A stretch of DNA of 64,000 nt, taken from the IMG/VR virus record IMGVR_UViG_3300042997_000757, positions 30,927 to 94,926 of that record; one strand, given 5' to 3'. This DNA comes from a virus (Duplodnaviria > Caudoviricetes). The notes beneath the pieces were generated by a model. The model saw nothing but the letters and a program-made list of their open reading frames with translations, did not search any database and was not told the origin of the DNA. Below, in pieces: positions 47,049-56,603 of the stretch (its first letter is position 1; every line of letters begins with the position of its first letter). The translations under genes were made by a program, and so were the position numbers.

Positions 47049-47450
47049 TCAGTCGTAAACGACGGTTGGGTTCGGACGGTTCATGTGACCGCCTGTGTTG
47101 TACTCGTACTCGAAGTATGGCATTCCATCTCCGGCAACTGAACCCTGTACAAACTCTGAAAGCACGCTTGGTGCTTCAATCCATGAAGCCGAGCCAACGT
47201 GTACACGCTCTTGCATAGTCTGCATTGCAGGCTTGTAAAGCATTGCTGGGTTGGTGTGGTTCATGCGTCCGGGAGCCGGTGCTGTGTCCATGTATGCACC
47301 TTGTGCAAAGTCGTTTGGAACGTCGGAGTCTGTTGCGACACCTTCTTCAAAACGGAGTGGACCCTTGTTCATAGGGATGCTTGGAGCAAACCCACGTTCA
47401 AACATGGTTGGCGACTTCTCGGGGAACATCGGGGCTGGTGAAATTGGCAC
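47049..47450 (-). CDS. Hypothetical (possibly virion) protein
   Basis: GGAGGAG SD; GTG start; 133 aa. Confidence 0.75.
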   Translation of the reverse strand: MPISPAPMFPEKSPTMFERGFAPSIPMNKGPLRFEEGVATDSDVPNDFAQGAYMDTAPAPGRMNHTNPAMLYKPAMQTMQERVHVGSASWIEAPSVLSEFVQGSVAGDGMPYFEYEYNTGGHMNRPNPTVVYD

Positions 47451-47513
47451 TATTTACTCCTCCATAAAGGGGTATTGACTTATTTACAAGGATAGCATTT
47501 TTAGAGGCACCGT

Positions 47514-49082
47514 TTATTTAAAAAAGGGTGAATTGCTTTCTTGGATTTGTGGCATGGTATCTATGACTGTCATGGCACAAGCAATGGCTAAACTGTCTGG
47601 GTAGTCATCAAAAGCGCCCTTTTCATTAGGTGCGGCAGCCAATAAATACGGTCCTTTATAGACTTTTTCAAGATCGGACATCTGTTGGTTAAACCGTTTC
47701 CATGTTCTATTTCTACGGGCTTTGGAATGCCCCGGAAGAAGTAATTGATCTCTTTGAATTAACTCTGTTAAATGCACCCAGCGCTCATTTTGAGCCTTGG
47801 AATCAGAAGAAACGGGGAGGACTTCCATGTCAGGTAATAAGAGCGCCAAACGTTCTGCGACAGCACCACCAACTCCTTGTGAGTCTACCCCCACTCTCAG
47901 GATGTCGTAATGGCGTAAGAAATCGATTATGTGGAAATACTGAGATTCCCATTCCTCATTGTTAATTTCAAGCCAGTTAAGAATGCGGTGCTCATAGAAA
48001 CCAAATGGATCTGGATGGTCCCAGTCAACCCATACAACAGTCACTACGGTGGAGTCATTAGATCTGGCAACGTCAATCCCAGCGACACAAGGAGTGCGCC
48101 ACCATTCTTTGACCAAAGGCATCTGTGGGTCATACATACGGTTGAGACGGTCATCTGTAACGAACATACCTTTTTCAAGGATGAACTTATTACAGTAAGA
48201 CATTTGGAACTCATCTGAGTCTTCCCCGATGCGCAATTTTTCTTTAGAAATAAACTTGGCATAGTTAGCGTTATATTTTGATGCAACTCTGTAGTCATAC
48301 TCAAAATGCGCTTCACGAAACCTTCTGCCACCATTGACAGAGCGCCTCTTATTGTAATGAATCATTCGGTAGAAATAAGATTTCTGTCGGTTAGCCGTAC
48401 CAGTCAGACAGATAGAACCGTTGTTAAACGCTAACATCGGTTTAATTGATTTGGCGATCATGGTTTCATCGGCTTCTTGAGCCTCGTCAATAAGAACAAA
48501 GTGATAGGTCTTAGACTCAATCTTTGCTTTAGGGTTACACGTCTGCATACGGCAAAGTGACCCAGAGTTCTTTAGGGTGATAATTCGCCCACGACCACGG
48601 GTACCGCCACCTGTTGCCTTGTCATCGATCTCGGGGTCAAGAAGAAACTCAAGTGCATGGTCGTTTGTAAGTTTTGAAACAATACGTCCAAATACAGTAT
48701 CTGCCTGTTCTTCAGTAGGAGCAAACGTTCCCACCCAAAATCCTTTAGAAAACTTGTTTAACCATGTTGGGTATATAGGAGCAAGTTTTGGAAGAATAAC
48801 CATCATGCCAGCAAGGACAGCAGAAAGCACTTCTGACTTACCTGACTGTCGGGTAGCGATAACAGTAAGTTCATCGCCGTCTCCTAAAACTACCGATTCA
48901 ATAATGCGATAAGCAATAGGAACCTGATAAGGGAAAAACTCAATGTCACAGAATTCCTCAGTAAAAACCATAATTCGTTTTACTAGTTGGTCTACAAATT
49001 CCGCTGAGGTTTCGTCCAGTTCCTCGGCGTCCCCAAAATCTTCTGGGATGTCTATTTCTTGTAGATCGTCTTCTGATATCAC
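47514..49082 (-). CDS. terL: Terminase large subunit
   Basis: TRQSGKS, LIDEAQ, LTGT, GIDVA, DDYPDSLA. Confidence 0.93.
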   Translation of the reverse strand: MISEDDLQEIDIPEDFGDAEELDETSAEFVDQLVKRIMVFTEEFCDIEFFPYQVPIAYRIIESVVLGDGDELTVIATRQSGKSEVLSAVLAGMMVILPKLAPIYPTWLNKFSKGFWVGTFAPTEEQADTVFGRIVSKLTNDHALEFLLDPEIDDKATGGGTRGRGRIITLKNSGSLCRMQTCNPKAKIESKTYHFVLIDEAQEADETMIAKSIKPMLAFNNGSICLTGTANRQKSYFYRMIHYNKRRSVNGGRRFREAHFEYDYRVASKYNANYAKFISKEKLRIGEDSDEFQMSYCNKFILEKGMFVTDDRLNRMYDPQMPLVKEWWRTPCVAGIDVARSNDSTVVTVVWVDWDHPDPFGFYEHRILNWLEINNEEWESQYFHIIDFLRHYDILRVGVDSQGVGGAVAERLALLLPDMEVLPVSSDSKAQNERWVHLTELIQRDQLLLPGHSKARRNRTWKRFNQQMSDLEKVYKGPYLLAAAPNEKGAFDDYPDSLAIACAMTVIDTMPQIQESNSPFFK

Positions 49083-49092
49083 TGTTGTTTAG

Positions 49093-49320
49093 TTATACCG
49101 ATGCTCTGCTTTGGAGTTCATCCCAAAGGTCTTTGACAATATTTAAAACTTTATCTACTTCTTTTGCGCTACCACCATGGTAAGACCAATGGTCGTACGT
49201 TGCGCCTAATTCCATTAATGAACTGTTTAGCCAGTTTCTAAGTTGACTATCATCCATTTTTCGTATTCTGTCAGGACGAACAGGGTCTAAAGAGTCATCT
49301 TTTTTATTCCAAAGTTTCAC
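49093..49320 (-). CDS. Hypothetical protein
   Basis: 75 aa helical ORF. Confidence 0.6.
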   Translation of the reverse strand: MKLWNKKDDSLDPVRPDRIRKMDDSQLRNWLNSSLMELGATYDHWSYHGGSAKEVDKVLNIVKDLWDELQSRASV

Positions 49321-49718
49321 CAGTTACCTATTTCGCTTGGTGGAGTATCCATATATCTCCCTTGAATTGCGGAGAGTGTACCTTCTGTTTCATTAAACAC
49401 TTGCGTATGACATAAGCCTAGTTGAAAACTACGCTTACATATTGCGATGTACACCCCTCGTCCTTTACGCCAAGGTGCGTTAAGTTCGTGCATTGTTCCA
49501 GTTCCTACCCCAAAATATCGAGGGTCACTGCGGGTAATCCAGTAAAGAGGACCAACCCCTTGTATAAGGTCTTTAGTGCCTTTAAAGGTAAAGTACACCC
49601 CAATTACAATAATGGGACAAATAAGTACATTAAAGAATGTGCCTATAACACCTGCAAGTATTGTAAATAAAGGCCAGTAGTTAAATAGTTTTTTAAAGAT
49701 CTCTGGTGTGTGCGTCAT
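49317..49718 (-). CDS. Hypothetical protein with N-terminal TM segments
   Basis: 133 aa ORF. Confidence 0.6.
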   Translation of the reverse strand: MTHTPEIFKKLFNYWPLFTILAGVIGTFFNVLICPIIVIGVYFTFKGTKDLIQGVGPLYWITRSDPRYFGVGTGTMHELNAPWRKGRGVYIAICKRSFQLGLCHTQVFNETEGTLSAIQGRYMDTPPSEIGNW

Positions 49719-50226
49719 TTGCTGCGGGGGAATACGAGTAGTTGTTCAAAAAGTTGTTAATAAATTTTCCTTTAGAATTACTGTTTCTAAAGTTTTGGTA
49801 CAGGTGGTCTGGAACACTATCATAGCGGTATATGTTTCCGTTGTTTTGAAACTTAACATATACGGTCCCGTAACGAATGCCTAAAGCAGCGGCTGCTTGT
49901 CCACCAGCGGCACGACTCATTAAACGCCCGTAAGGAACAAATTTATGGGAAGCAACACGGGTACTTTTGTCTGGTCCCTGTCCATACAATTCAGGATCAG
50001 TATCTGGGGTAACACGTTCAACAGGATACGGAGCATATTGCTCGTCATCGATGTACTGGTAATTATCAGGGATAGGATCAAGGCGATCACCACGAGGAAT
50101 GATTACAAAATCAGTATCGTTCCTAGGGGTTGTTTGTTCAGGGATACTAAGAGACCCAGACAATCCGCCCTTCATGGCTTCAATATCTGCAAGCCTTCTA
50201 CCTAGTCCGCCTTTTTTAGGAGCCAT
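49693..50226 (-). CDS. KTSC-domain protein
   Basis: VYVKFQNNG.IYRY..VP...Y..F....SKGKFIN. Confidence 0.85.
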   Translation of the reverse strand: MAPKKGGLGRRLADIEAMKGGLSGSLSIPEQTTPRNDTDFVIIPRGDRLDPIPDNYQYIDDEQYAPYPVERVTPDTDPELYGQGPDKSTRVASHKFVPYGRLMSRAAGGQAAAALGIRYGTVYVKFQNNGNIYRYDSVPDHLYQNFRNSNSKGKFINNFLNNYSYSPAANDAHTRDL

Positions 50227-50241
50227 GGACTTACTTTATCA

Positions 50242-50793
50242 CTAAGCAACGCCTTCGGGGAGTTTGTCCCCTAGGCAGTACTGCCAGTGCCATGCTTCAA
50301 ACTCAGGAGACTTAGGGTCTGAACCTTGAAGGTAGAAACCAAACTTTGGAGCGTTTTCGCACATCCATTTGAGCATCTTAGGATGAGCAGAAAGGCTTTC
50401 AATCTTACCCTTGACACTCACACCGAGGTCGATAGCAAGACCCCATCCGTGGTTTGACTTGCCGGGAGTTGAGCAGGGAGCCATGCCGGGCTTGAGATAC
50501 CAAGTAGCACCTTCGTAGGTGCGGGTTACTTGAGGCTTGCGACCTTTGTCTACTTTAGAATAACGGTCAAGAAACAACTTCAATGCTGGCTCAAGTGGGC
50601 GGTAGTCACCAATGTTCTTGAGTGGGACGTTAGCGGCTTTAGCGGCTTCAAACAAAGCGTTGAAGGCTTTAGCGGCTGTTACCCACATTTGACCACCACA
50701 CTTTACTTTTGCGAGTAAAGCGGCGTCCATTTCACCGTTAGGTACTTTTTTAAGTGAGGGGGGCATGACCAGTTTGATGTAAGGATATTCCAT
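50242..50793 (-). CDS. M15-family peptidase (endolysin)
   Basis: DYR, PGKSNHGWGLAID, W...NA.KFGF, EAWHW. Confidence 0.88.
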   Translation of the reverse strand: MEYPYIKLVMPPSLKKVPNGEMDAALLAKVKCGGQMWVTAAKAFNALFEAAKAANVPLKNIGDYRPLEPALKLFLDRYSKVDKGRKPQVTRTYEGATWYLKPGMAPCSTPGKSNHGWGLAIDLGVSVKGKIESLSAHPKMLKWMCENAPKFGFYLQGSDPKSPEFEAWHWQYCLGDKLPEGVA

Positions 50794-50855
50794 AAGCCCA
50801 GTTTATCGTAGTTAGAACCAATATGTCATCGCAGTTAGCACAGTGATGACACTAA

Positions 50856-51005
50856 TCATGCAGGGGTATCGGGTCGCTCTAACGGTGTTTCATTAGGTGT
50901 CTGTGGTTTGATTGTTTCTAAGTATTCGGCGTATTCTTCATCAGTCATTTCCCGATTACCATAGGTTCCATCTTCAAGAATTGTTGCTAATTGTGGTTTT
51001 GTCAT
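50856..51005 (-). CDS. Small tail-fibre-associated protein (49 aa)
   Basis: Not in the ORF track; ATGA coupling; REMTDEEYAEY motif. Confidence 0.6.
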   Translation of the reverse strand: MTKPQLATILEDGTYGNREMTDEEYAEYLETIKPQTPNETPLERPDTPA

Positions 51006-51727
51006 GCTTTGCGTACTCCCATCAAACTCCAGGAACCGTTGAGATTAGAACTGCCAGTGAATCTTATTTTGTCAAATGAGTTTGTGGCAGCGTAGTTGCT
51101 GTACGCACCCGTAAGACTGCGAGTGTTGTTCGTGTCGTACGCTTGAATGGTTGTTGCAAATACACCATTCCCGATGCCTCTGATGAAAGAAGTGACCAAC
51201 GTTGGCGGAGCGTTGACACAGTCGGTTACGTAGAAATTAACTCCAGCGTTTCTAGAGTCTTGGACTCCCGTAGTGCCTAAATAACTAGTAAAAAATGTTG
51301 CCCCATAATAAGTGGTGTTTCTTGCGGTAGCACCCGAAAATAGGACACCAGTAATGCCAGTCGCCGAGGCAGAACCGATTGACATTCTTAATTCGTAAAA
51401 TAAATAGTCCGATGTAAAACCTGTTACGTCAAAACTTACCGCACCTGAAAAAGAACCGCTACTGATATACACAAGCCCGCTGTTGCCGACAGCAGTACCA
51501 CCCGAAACCTGTTGCCAAGCAGCCCCACCCCAAACATACGACAAATCCGTATCAGTTTCATAGATGACCTGCCCCTCATACGGGGCTGTGGGGCGTGTGC
51601 TACTAGTAAACACACCAACCCCAGCCACAGCGTTTATCGCCCACTTGCCGTCAGTGTACGACCATACTTTACCCCCAACCGTAAAGGTGTCTCCGGCGGT
51701 TGGTGAGTTTGGGAAATCTATAGCCAT
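51002..51727 (-). CDS. Tail fibre/receptor-binding-like protein
   Basis: IDFPNSP..GD.F......W...GKW; TSSTRP.APYEGQ.IYETDT; GLVYI beta-rich C-terminal domain. Confidence 0.7.
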   Translation of the reverse strand: MAIDFPNSPTAGDTFTVGGKVWSYTDGKWAINAVAGVGVFTSSTRPTAPYEGQVIYETDTDLSYVWGGAAWQQVSGGTAVGNSGLVYISSGSFSGAVSFDVTGFTSDYLFYELRMSIGSASATGITGVLFSGATARNTTYYGATFFTSYLGTTGVQDSRNAGVNFYVTDCVNAPPTLVTSFIRGIGNGVFATTIQAYDTNNTRSLTGAYSNYAATNSFDKIRFTGSSNLNGSWSLMGVRKA

Positions 51728-51761
51728 ATACGCCTATTTTACACCATATGGGGTTGGGGGC

Positions 51762-52106
51762 CTATGCCCACCAAAAGTGCTTAAGTATTGCTAAGGAAGC
51801 AAGCACAATCCAGACTACGTTGAAAAGGATAATGGTAGGAAGGGTTTTCTTAGTGGAAGTCCAAATAAGACTTGCGCTTGAAACAATGGCAAAGATGTAA
51901 AGCCACCACCACTGTTTACCAAAGAGAAGACCGGGGAAGATAATTGCAATCTTTGTTGAAAAACCCCATGCTTCTACGGTATTGACACGATTCCAGTACT
52001 TCTTGGAACTCATAGTCTTGATGGCGTTAAATATCTTGTTGTCCATTTTTGGTTTCTTAATAAAAGGTTTGTAAGTATCCCCAAGTAGGGAAGATAGATC
52101 ATCCAT
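51762..52106 (-). CDS. Trp-rich small membrane protein
   Basis: About 3 hydrophobic segments; TAATG coupling. Confidence 0.65.
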   Translation of the reverse strand: MDDLSSLLGDTYKPFIKKPKMDNKIFNAIKTMSSKKYWNRVNTVEAWGFSTKIAIIFPGLLFGKQWWWLYIFAIVSSASLIWTSTKKTLPTIILFNVVWIVLASLAILKHFWWA

Positions 52107-52774
52107 TAAAACAGTTCCTCTAGTGTGTCTTCAAATGACTTTTCTGGGTAGTCAACTGACAACTGTAGTACCCATGCTTTAAAGACTTCAGAAACCTCTG
52201 GATATGGGTAAGGTATCTTTTTGTAATTGGGGTTACCCTTTAGAAACATTGCAAGATGCATGTCGGGCAAAGCGTCAATCTCATCAATTATTTCTTGGGG
52301 TGGGTTCAAAATATCAAATACTAACTTTGAGTATGTAGCCATTGGGTGGTCAGAATTAAAAGGCTCTTCCACAAGAAATGACCATTCACGGATATTCTTG
52401 AATAATTGAAATATTGATTTTGCTACCCACATTGTTGAGGGAGTGGGATCAGATTCAATATCAAACAAATTATTTAACTCTAAGTATCTAATATAGAAAT
52501 GAGGAACTACCGCTATCGGGTGCTCAAATTTTACAACTTGTGTAACATCTATAATTGCGTCAGAAACAATGGTTGGCGCATATAGTGATAGAGAGTGAGA
52601 CTCGTAAGGGGTGTCATTGGTTAGGAAGACCCCAGTAAACGAAATATTGTCGCATCTCTCACTTTGTCCAACACCAACAGTATCCCCTTCAACCACAAAT
52701 ATGCATTTTTCAAGCATAAATACACCCAAGTCTCTGGGACCAGAGTTTTTTAACAGCCGTTCTGGGTCAAACAT
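52106..52774 (-). CDS. Hypothetical protein
   Basis: 222 aa ORF within the enzyme cassette. Confidence 0.7.
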   Translation of the reverse strand: MFDPERLLKNSGPRDLGVFMLEKCIFVVEGDTVGVGQSERCDNISFTGVFLTNDTPYESHSLSLYAPTIVSDAIIDVTQVVKFEHPIAVVPHFYIRYLELNNLFDIESDPTPSTMWVAKSIFQLFKNIREWSFLVEEPFNSDHPMATYSKLVFDILNPPQEIIDEIDALPDMHLAMFLKGNPNYKKIPYPYPEVSEVFKAWVLQLSVDYPEKSFEDTLEELF

Positions 52775-53039
52775 TTTGTAGTTCCTCTATTTTTTTATTA
52801 ACAACTACCAGATTTTGCACGTTTCTTGCAATTGCTTTTATTGCAATTACTTGTAGGGTAGGGGTGCTCTCGGGGAATTGGGCTTTAAATGTAGATGCAT
52901 CAAAGTGCTCATCATCTATTGATGCTGGATCAATTCCGACAGTTAGACAGTTTTTCTCAATATCAATACACAATGCTGTTTTTACAGCCATGAGCATGTC
53001 TAATTTTTGACTTGCTGTGTTGAGGTTATTTAGTTCCAT
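52767..53039 (-). CDS. Small helical protein, paralogue of 56354..56596
   Basis: MELN...SQKL...GIDP...VV..KI. Confidence 0.7.
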   Translation of the reverse strand: MELNNLNTASQKLDMLMAVKTALCIDIEKNCLTVGIDPASIDDEHFDASTFKAQFPESTPTLQVIAIKAIARNVQNLVVVNKKIEELQNV

Positions 53040-53844
53040 TCGTGGACCCTCGGCTAGGTAGAAGTCTACTAATTATACTTTTTTTACTTAAGGCAATATC
53101 ATCAAGTTCTTTGTCAACCCTGATCCGTTCACGACGATATGGCGCTGCGGTTCCTTCTGCTGGCATCACATGTCCAAACCCAAACCCTTTGTTGGCAACA
53201 TACTTATAGTTTGACTCGTCGGCAAGTATTAATTTGTCTATGTTTGTTTTTCTCTCAAACGGGATTATGTGCACTAAAGGAGTTCCGTACTTGATAGTAA
53301 ACTCTTTTTCTGAAGTTACATTCAAAACAACATTAGCCGTGTGGTAAAAATCAGTATGAACAACTGCTGCCATTATTGAGTAATTGTTGTTTGGTTCCCA
53401 ATATGCAGGAAGCATCAAACATGACCAACCCGGTGCTGTCTCAATCTTCCACGGATTAACTATTTTTGGAAATGCTGCTTGTTTTGTACTTTCTGGACGC
53501 ACTTTAGTAACTGGGCATTCTCCTGTTGATTCATATGGGAATCCCTGCATTGAAGCAATTTTAATGTTGTTTATTTCATGCCCAAATTCATCCCCTCGGG
53601 TTTCCCAATCCCCATTACCGTCAGGTCTAAATTTAAAGTTTGTCCAAGATGGGAGGGTTACACCAATGCTGAAGAAGTCATTTATACCAGCACAACGTCG
53701 GAGAGAGCCTTCTCCTTTGTGAAGCATTTTAAACCAAGGGCGATGGGTTTCTACGGAATTTTTGTATGGAGGCATCTCTAAAAGACGGTTGTCAGATGGA
53801 GTAATCCTTATTTGTCCGGGTTTTAGTTTTTCTTGCTTTTTCAT
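53026..53844 (-). CDS. dUTPase-like-fold protein (DUF6065-like)
   Basis: PWFK, RRCAGI.D, KIVNPW...TAPGWSCL, VVHTD.Y, I..GTPLVHIIPF.R. Confidence 0.6.
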   Translation of the reverse strand: MKKQEKLKPGQIRITPSDNRLLEMPPYKNSVETHRPWFKMLHKGEGSLRRCAGINDFFSIGVTLPSWTNFKFRPDGNGDWETRGDEFGHEINNIKIASMQGFPYESTGECPVTKVRPESTKQAAFPKIVNPWKIETAPGWSCLMLPAYWEPNNNYSIMAAVVHTDFYHTANVVLNVTSEKEFTIKYGTPLVHIIPFERKTNIDKLILADESNYKYVANKGFGFGHVMPAEGTAAPYRRERIRVDKELDDIALSKKSIISRLLPSRGSTNGTK

Positions 53845-53846
53845 GC

Positions 53847-55349
53847 TCACCATTCCCCGTCAATTGTTAAGAGTTTACGTAGGGCTTCAGCGTGGTCTAT
53901 TAACTCATGGTTATGGCGTTCTTCACGCATTTGAGCAACAGCATTTTCTGCTTCTTTCCTGATGTTTAACCTATCCAAAACTCTCGTTGCAGATTCGGTT
54001 GAAAAGACATTCTGCCCTTGAGCAACATGTGCTAAATGTGGTGTCATGAATAGTTCCATATGCAAATGAGGAACGTCTGAGCGTGTTGGGGGGCGCTCTG
54101 ACCACAGGTCAAGTAATTCCTGCAACTCATGGTTTATCGGCATATCAGACATTGCTTTCCAGAAAGGAGTATCTTGTCTATCACTGTAGTAGTGGAGGCG
54201 AATCATTGTAAGAATGTTTCTCATTACTTCAGAAAACGACTTATTGAAATGCTTTTGAGATTTTGTATAGGAAGAATCGTATGCTGCCATATACGGAATT
54301 AACATTTTTATTTGCTGAATAGTTGAGCCAATACTGGTTGCCTCAAGTGGTTCAACAAAAGAAGAAGCCAAACCAACAGCAGCGCAGTTACCCTTCCATG
54401 TTTCATCTAGATACCCAGCATCAAACTTAAAAGACCTAGGGTTGGTTATCTTGTAACCAGACTTTTCTTCTGCCTCTTTTACAGCCTGCTCATCAGTTAT
54501 AAAGTCAGAGCAATATACGTATCCGTTACCCCTGCGTTCCTGCGTAGGTATTTCCCACATCCAGCCACTGTCCATAGCCATTGCCCGTGTGTATGGGCGA
54601 ATCTGCCCAGACGGGTCTGATTCAGTTGGGAATGCTATTGCGGAATCGCTAAGTAGGTATTTACTAAAAGAGTTCCATTTAGTGTTCCCTATTGCGTTCA
54701 TGAGCACACGCTTAAAACCAGAAGCATCTAGCCAAAAATCTGCTTCCACGATACTTCCCTCTTCTGTAGATACAGAGGAAATGTTTCCATTTTCAGAATT
54801 TTGAGAAACTTTAGAGACTTTACCTTCTACAAATTTGATACTACGCTTAAAGCATAGATGCGTAAAGTATTCATTTAATTTGAAAGTATCAAAGTGAAAC
54901 TGGTTTGTTGAGCGATGTAAACCCATAACTCTAATTTGGTTACGGATTAGCCCAATACTGGTTGTGTTGTTTGTAAACAGTTTTTCATTTTCTAACATAC
55001 TTGTGTATGTTGCATGAATTCCCCACCCAAAAATCTCGTCAATGCCTCCAACACTGTGGAAATACCTAGGAGTTTTTTCAGTCCAACCTTCATACCTAAT
55101 TCCATATTTGTGTGTTGCACTTGAAGCAATAATCATTTCTTCAAGGTCAATGTCACAGTTTTTCATGAACTCAGCCCAGTGTTCTGTACTACCTTCTCCA
55201 ACCCCTACGATCCCGATTTCAGTAGAAGAAATAACAGTAATTTCAGACATTGGAAATGCTTTACGGAGCAAAAGTGCGGAAATAAGACCAGCAGTGCCAG
55301 ATCCAACAATTCCAAAAGATAGTTGATGTGTAAAGTTTTTTGTAATCAT
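53847..55349 (-). CDS. Flavin-dependent (tryptophan halogenase-family) halogenase
   Basis: IVGSGTAG, GVGEGST, ATHKYGI (catalytic Lys position), DASGF, GWMWEIP (WxWxIP), R.GNGYV, FVEPLEATSI. Confidence 0.93.
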   Translation of the reverse strand: MITKNFTHQLSFGIVGSGTAGLISALLLRKAFPMSEITVISSTEIGIVGVGEGSTEHWAEFMKNCDIDLEEMIIASSATHKYGIRYEGWTEKTPRYFHSVGGIDEIFGWGIHATYTSMLENEKLFTNNTTSIGLIRNQIRVMGLHRSTNQFHFDTFKLNEYFTHLCFKRSIKFVEGKVSKVSQNSENGNISSVSTEEGSIVEADFWLDASGFKRVLMNAIGNTKWNSFSKYLLSDSAIAFPTESDPSGQIRPYTRAMAMDSGWMWEIPTQERRGNGYVYCSDFITDEQAVKEAEEKSGYKITNPRSFKFDAGYLDETWKGNCAAVGLASSFVEPLEATSIGSTIQQIKMLIPYMAAYDSSYTKSQKHFNKSFSEVMRNILTMIRLHYYSDRQDTPFWKAMSDMPINHELQELLDLWSERPPTRSDVPHLHMELFMTPHLAHVAQGQNVFSTESATRVLDRLNIRKEAENAVAQMREERHNHELIDHAEALRKLLTIDGEW

Positions 55350-55921
55350 TTAAACCACGTTACCATTGAATATTTAATACCGCTAGTGACTGGATGTGCA
55401 ATGTGTACGTATGGGAAGTTACTAGGAAACAAAATTACCGATCCAGCATCTAAAGAAATAGTTAAATCAAAATTTGGGAATTCCAGTTGACCACCTTCTT
55501 CGGCAGCACCTAAACAAGCAATAGCACTAAACACTCTTGCGGAATCCGGAGAATGGTCATAGTGAGCATGGTACTCAGCAAGACCTGAGTATTTTAGTAC
55601 CGAGATAAGTTCATGAGAACCCCCCGGAAGTTGATTTTCCTCTATGTAGTCAGATACAACATCCATAAATGGTTTATGAACGTCATTTCTATAGATGTTA
55701 GATAAAGGGTTTGCCGGGTAGGGGGGAAGAAGAGTTGTGAGCATGCACGTTAGTGATGTTCTGTGTTGCCCAATTCTCCCATTACCTACTAGCGAAGAAT
55801 TCCATGAAAGGTCTTCTCCAAAGTTATCTTCAATGTTTTCTTCTAGTTTTGAAATAAACACAGATGGGTCAAAAACTTCTCTGTATACATTTATACATAA
55901 ACCGGGTTTTTCTATAATCAT
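55346..55921 (-). CDS. 2OG-Fe(II) oxygenase, prolyl-4-hydroxylase-like
   Basis: LKY....YHAHYD, GGQLEF, G.VILFPSNFPY.H.AHPVTSG.KYS.VTW. Confidence 0.9.
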   Translation of the reverse strand: MIIEKPGLCINVYREVFDPSVFISKLEENIEDNFGEDLSWNSSLVGNGRIGQHRTSLTCMLTTLLPPYPANPLSNIYRNDVHKPFMDVVSDYIEENQLPGGSHELISVLKYSGLAEYHAHYDHSPDSARVFSAIACLGAAEEGGQLEFPNFDLTISLDAGSVILFPSNFPYVHIAHPVTSGIKYSMVTWFK

Positions 55922-56349
55922 GTTACTGTGAAATGCCCTTCGCACAAAGTTCCGTGGTGGGGAGTACTAATTGTAAACGAATAGTCACCCCTCTTGATAA
56001 ATCTATCACGATACTTAACTACGTGGTTTTCTCGCAGTTTAATTTTTGATAAGATGGTACCCTGTTCACCCATAGATGTTATGTACTTGACAGAGCACAA
56101 GGTGTCGTATGGGAAAACAATAAATTCGTTTGTGTAATCAATTGGTTGAATATAGTTAGAAACTACTGTTTTTTTATATTCCAGTTTCCTATATTCAGGT
56201 ATTGAAAGTACGCAAACTTCTGTTTCTAAAGGCTGATCTTCTACACCAATACGAATCGTCAATTTTGTTTCTTTTGCTAAATCAAGGGCTATTTTTGGTA
56301 TTTCTTCATTTTCAAGTGCTGAAAATGGAACATATACTATTCTTTTCAT
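55918..56349 (-). CDS. Hypothetical protein
   Basis: Start revised to ATG 56349 (MKRIVY); TACTAT 6 nt upstream. Confidence 0.65.
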   Translation of the reverse strand: MKRIVYVPFSALENEEIPKIALDLAKETKLTIRIGVEDQPLETEVCVLSIPEYRKLEYKKTVVSNYIQPIDYTNEFIVFPYDTLCSVKYITSMGEQGTILSKIKLRENHVVKYRDRFIKRGDYSFTISTPHHGTLCEGHFTVT

Positions 56350-56353
56350 GCTC

Positions 56354-56596
56354 TTATAGTAATACAGTAACCTTTGCTTTAACAACTTCGTAAGACTGGA
56401 CGAGTTTTCGCAAGCGGGTGACTTCCCCATCCATTCCTTGCATTGATAACGGTTCAAGCGAATCAAGGTCTGTTATCTCAAAAGTGTCAGGGTCAAAACC
56501 CATACGTAGTAAGAGGCTGTAAATTTCGTTGCTCAAAGCAACCGCAGATCCTTGAAGAGCCTGAAGTTTCTGTGCTGATGTGAGGTTGAGTTCCAT
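56354..56596 (-). CDS. Small helical protein, paralogue of 52767..53039
   Basis: AGGAG SD; MELN..SAQKL...GFDP...VV.AKV. Confidence 0.7.
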   Translation of the reverse strand: MELNLTSAQKLQALQGSAVALSNEIYSLLLRMGFDPDTFEITDLDSLEPLSMQGMDGEVTRLRKLVQSYEVVKAKVTVLL

Positions 56597-56603
56597 AATT
56601 CTC

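Noticed and set aside
50812-50859. 15-codon hydrophobic ORF coupled to 50856..51005
   Set aside because: Too short to support without comparative data.
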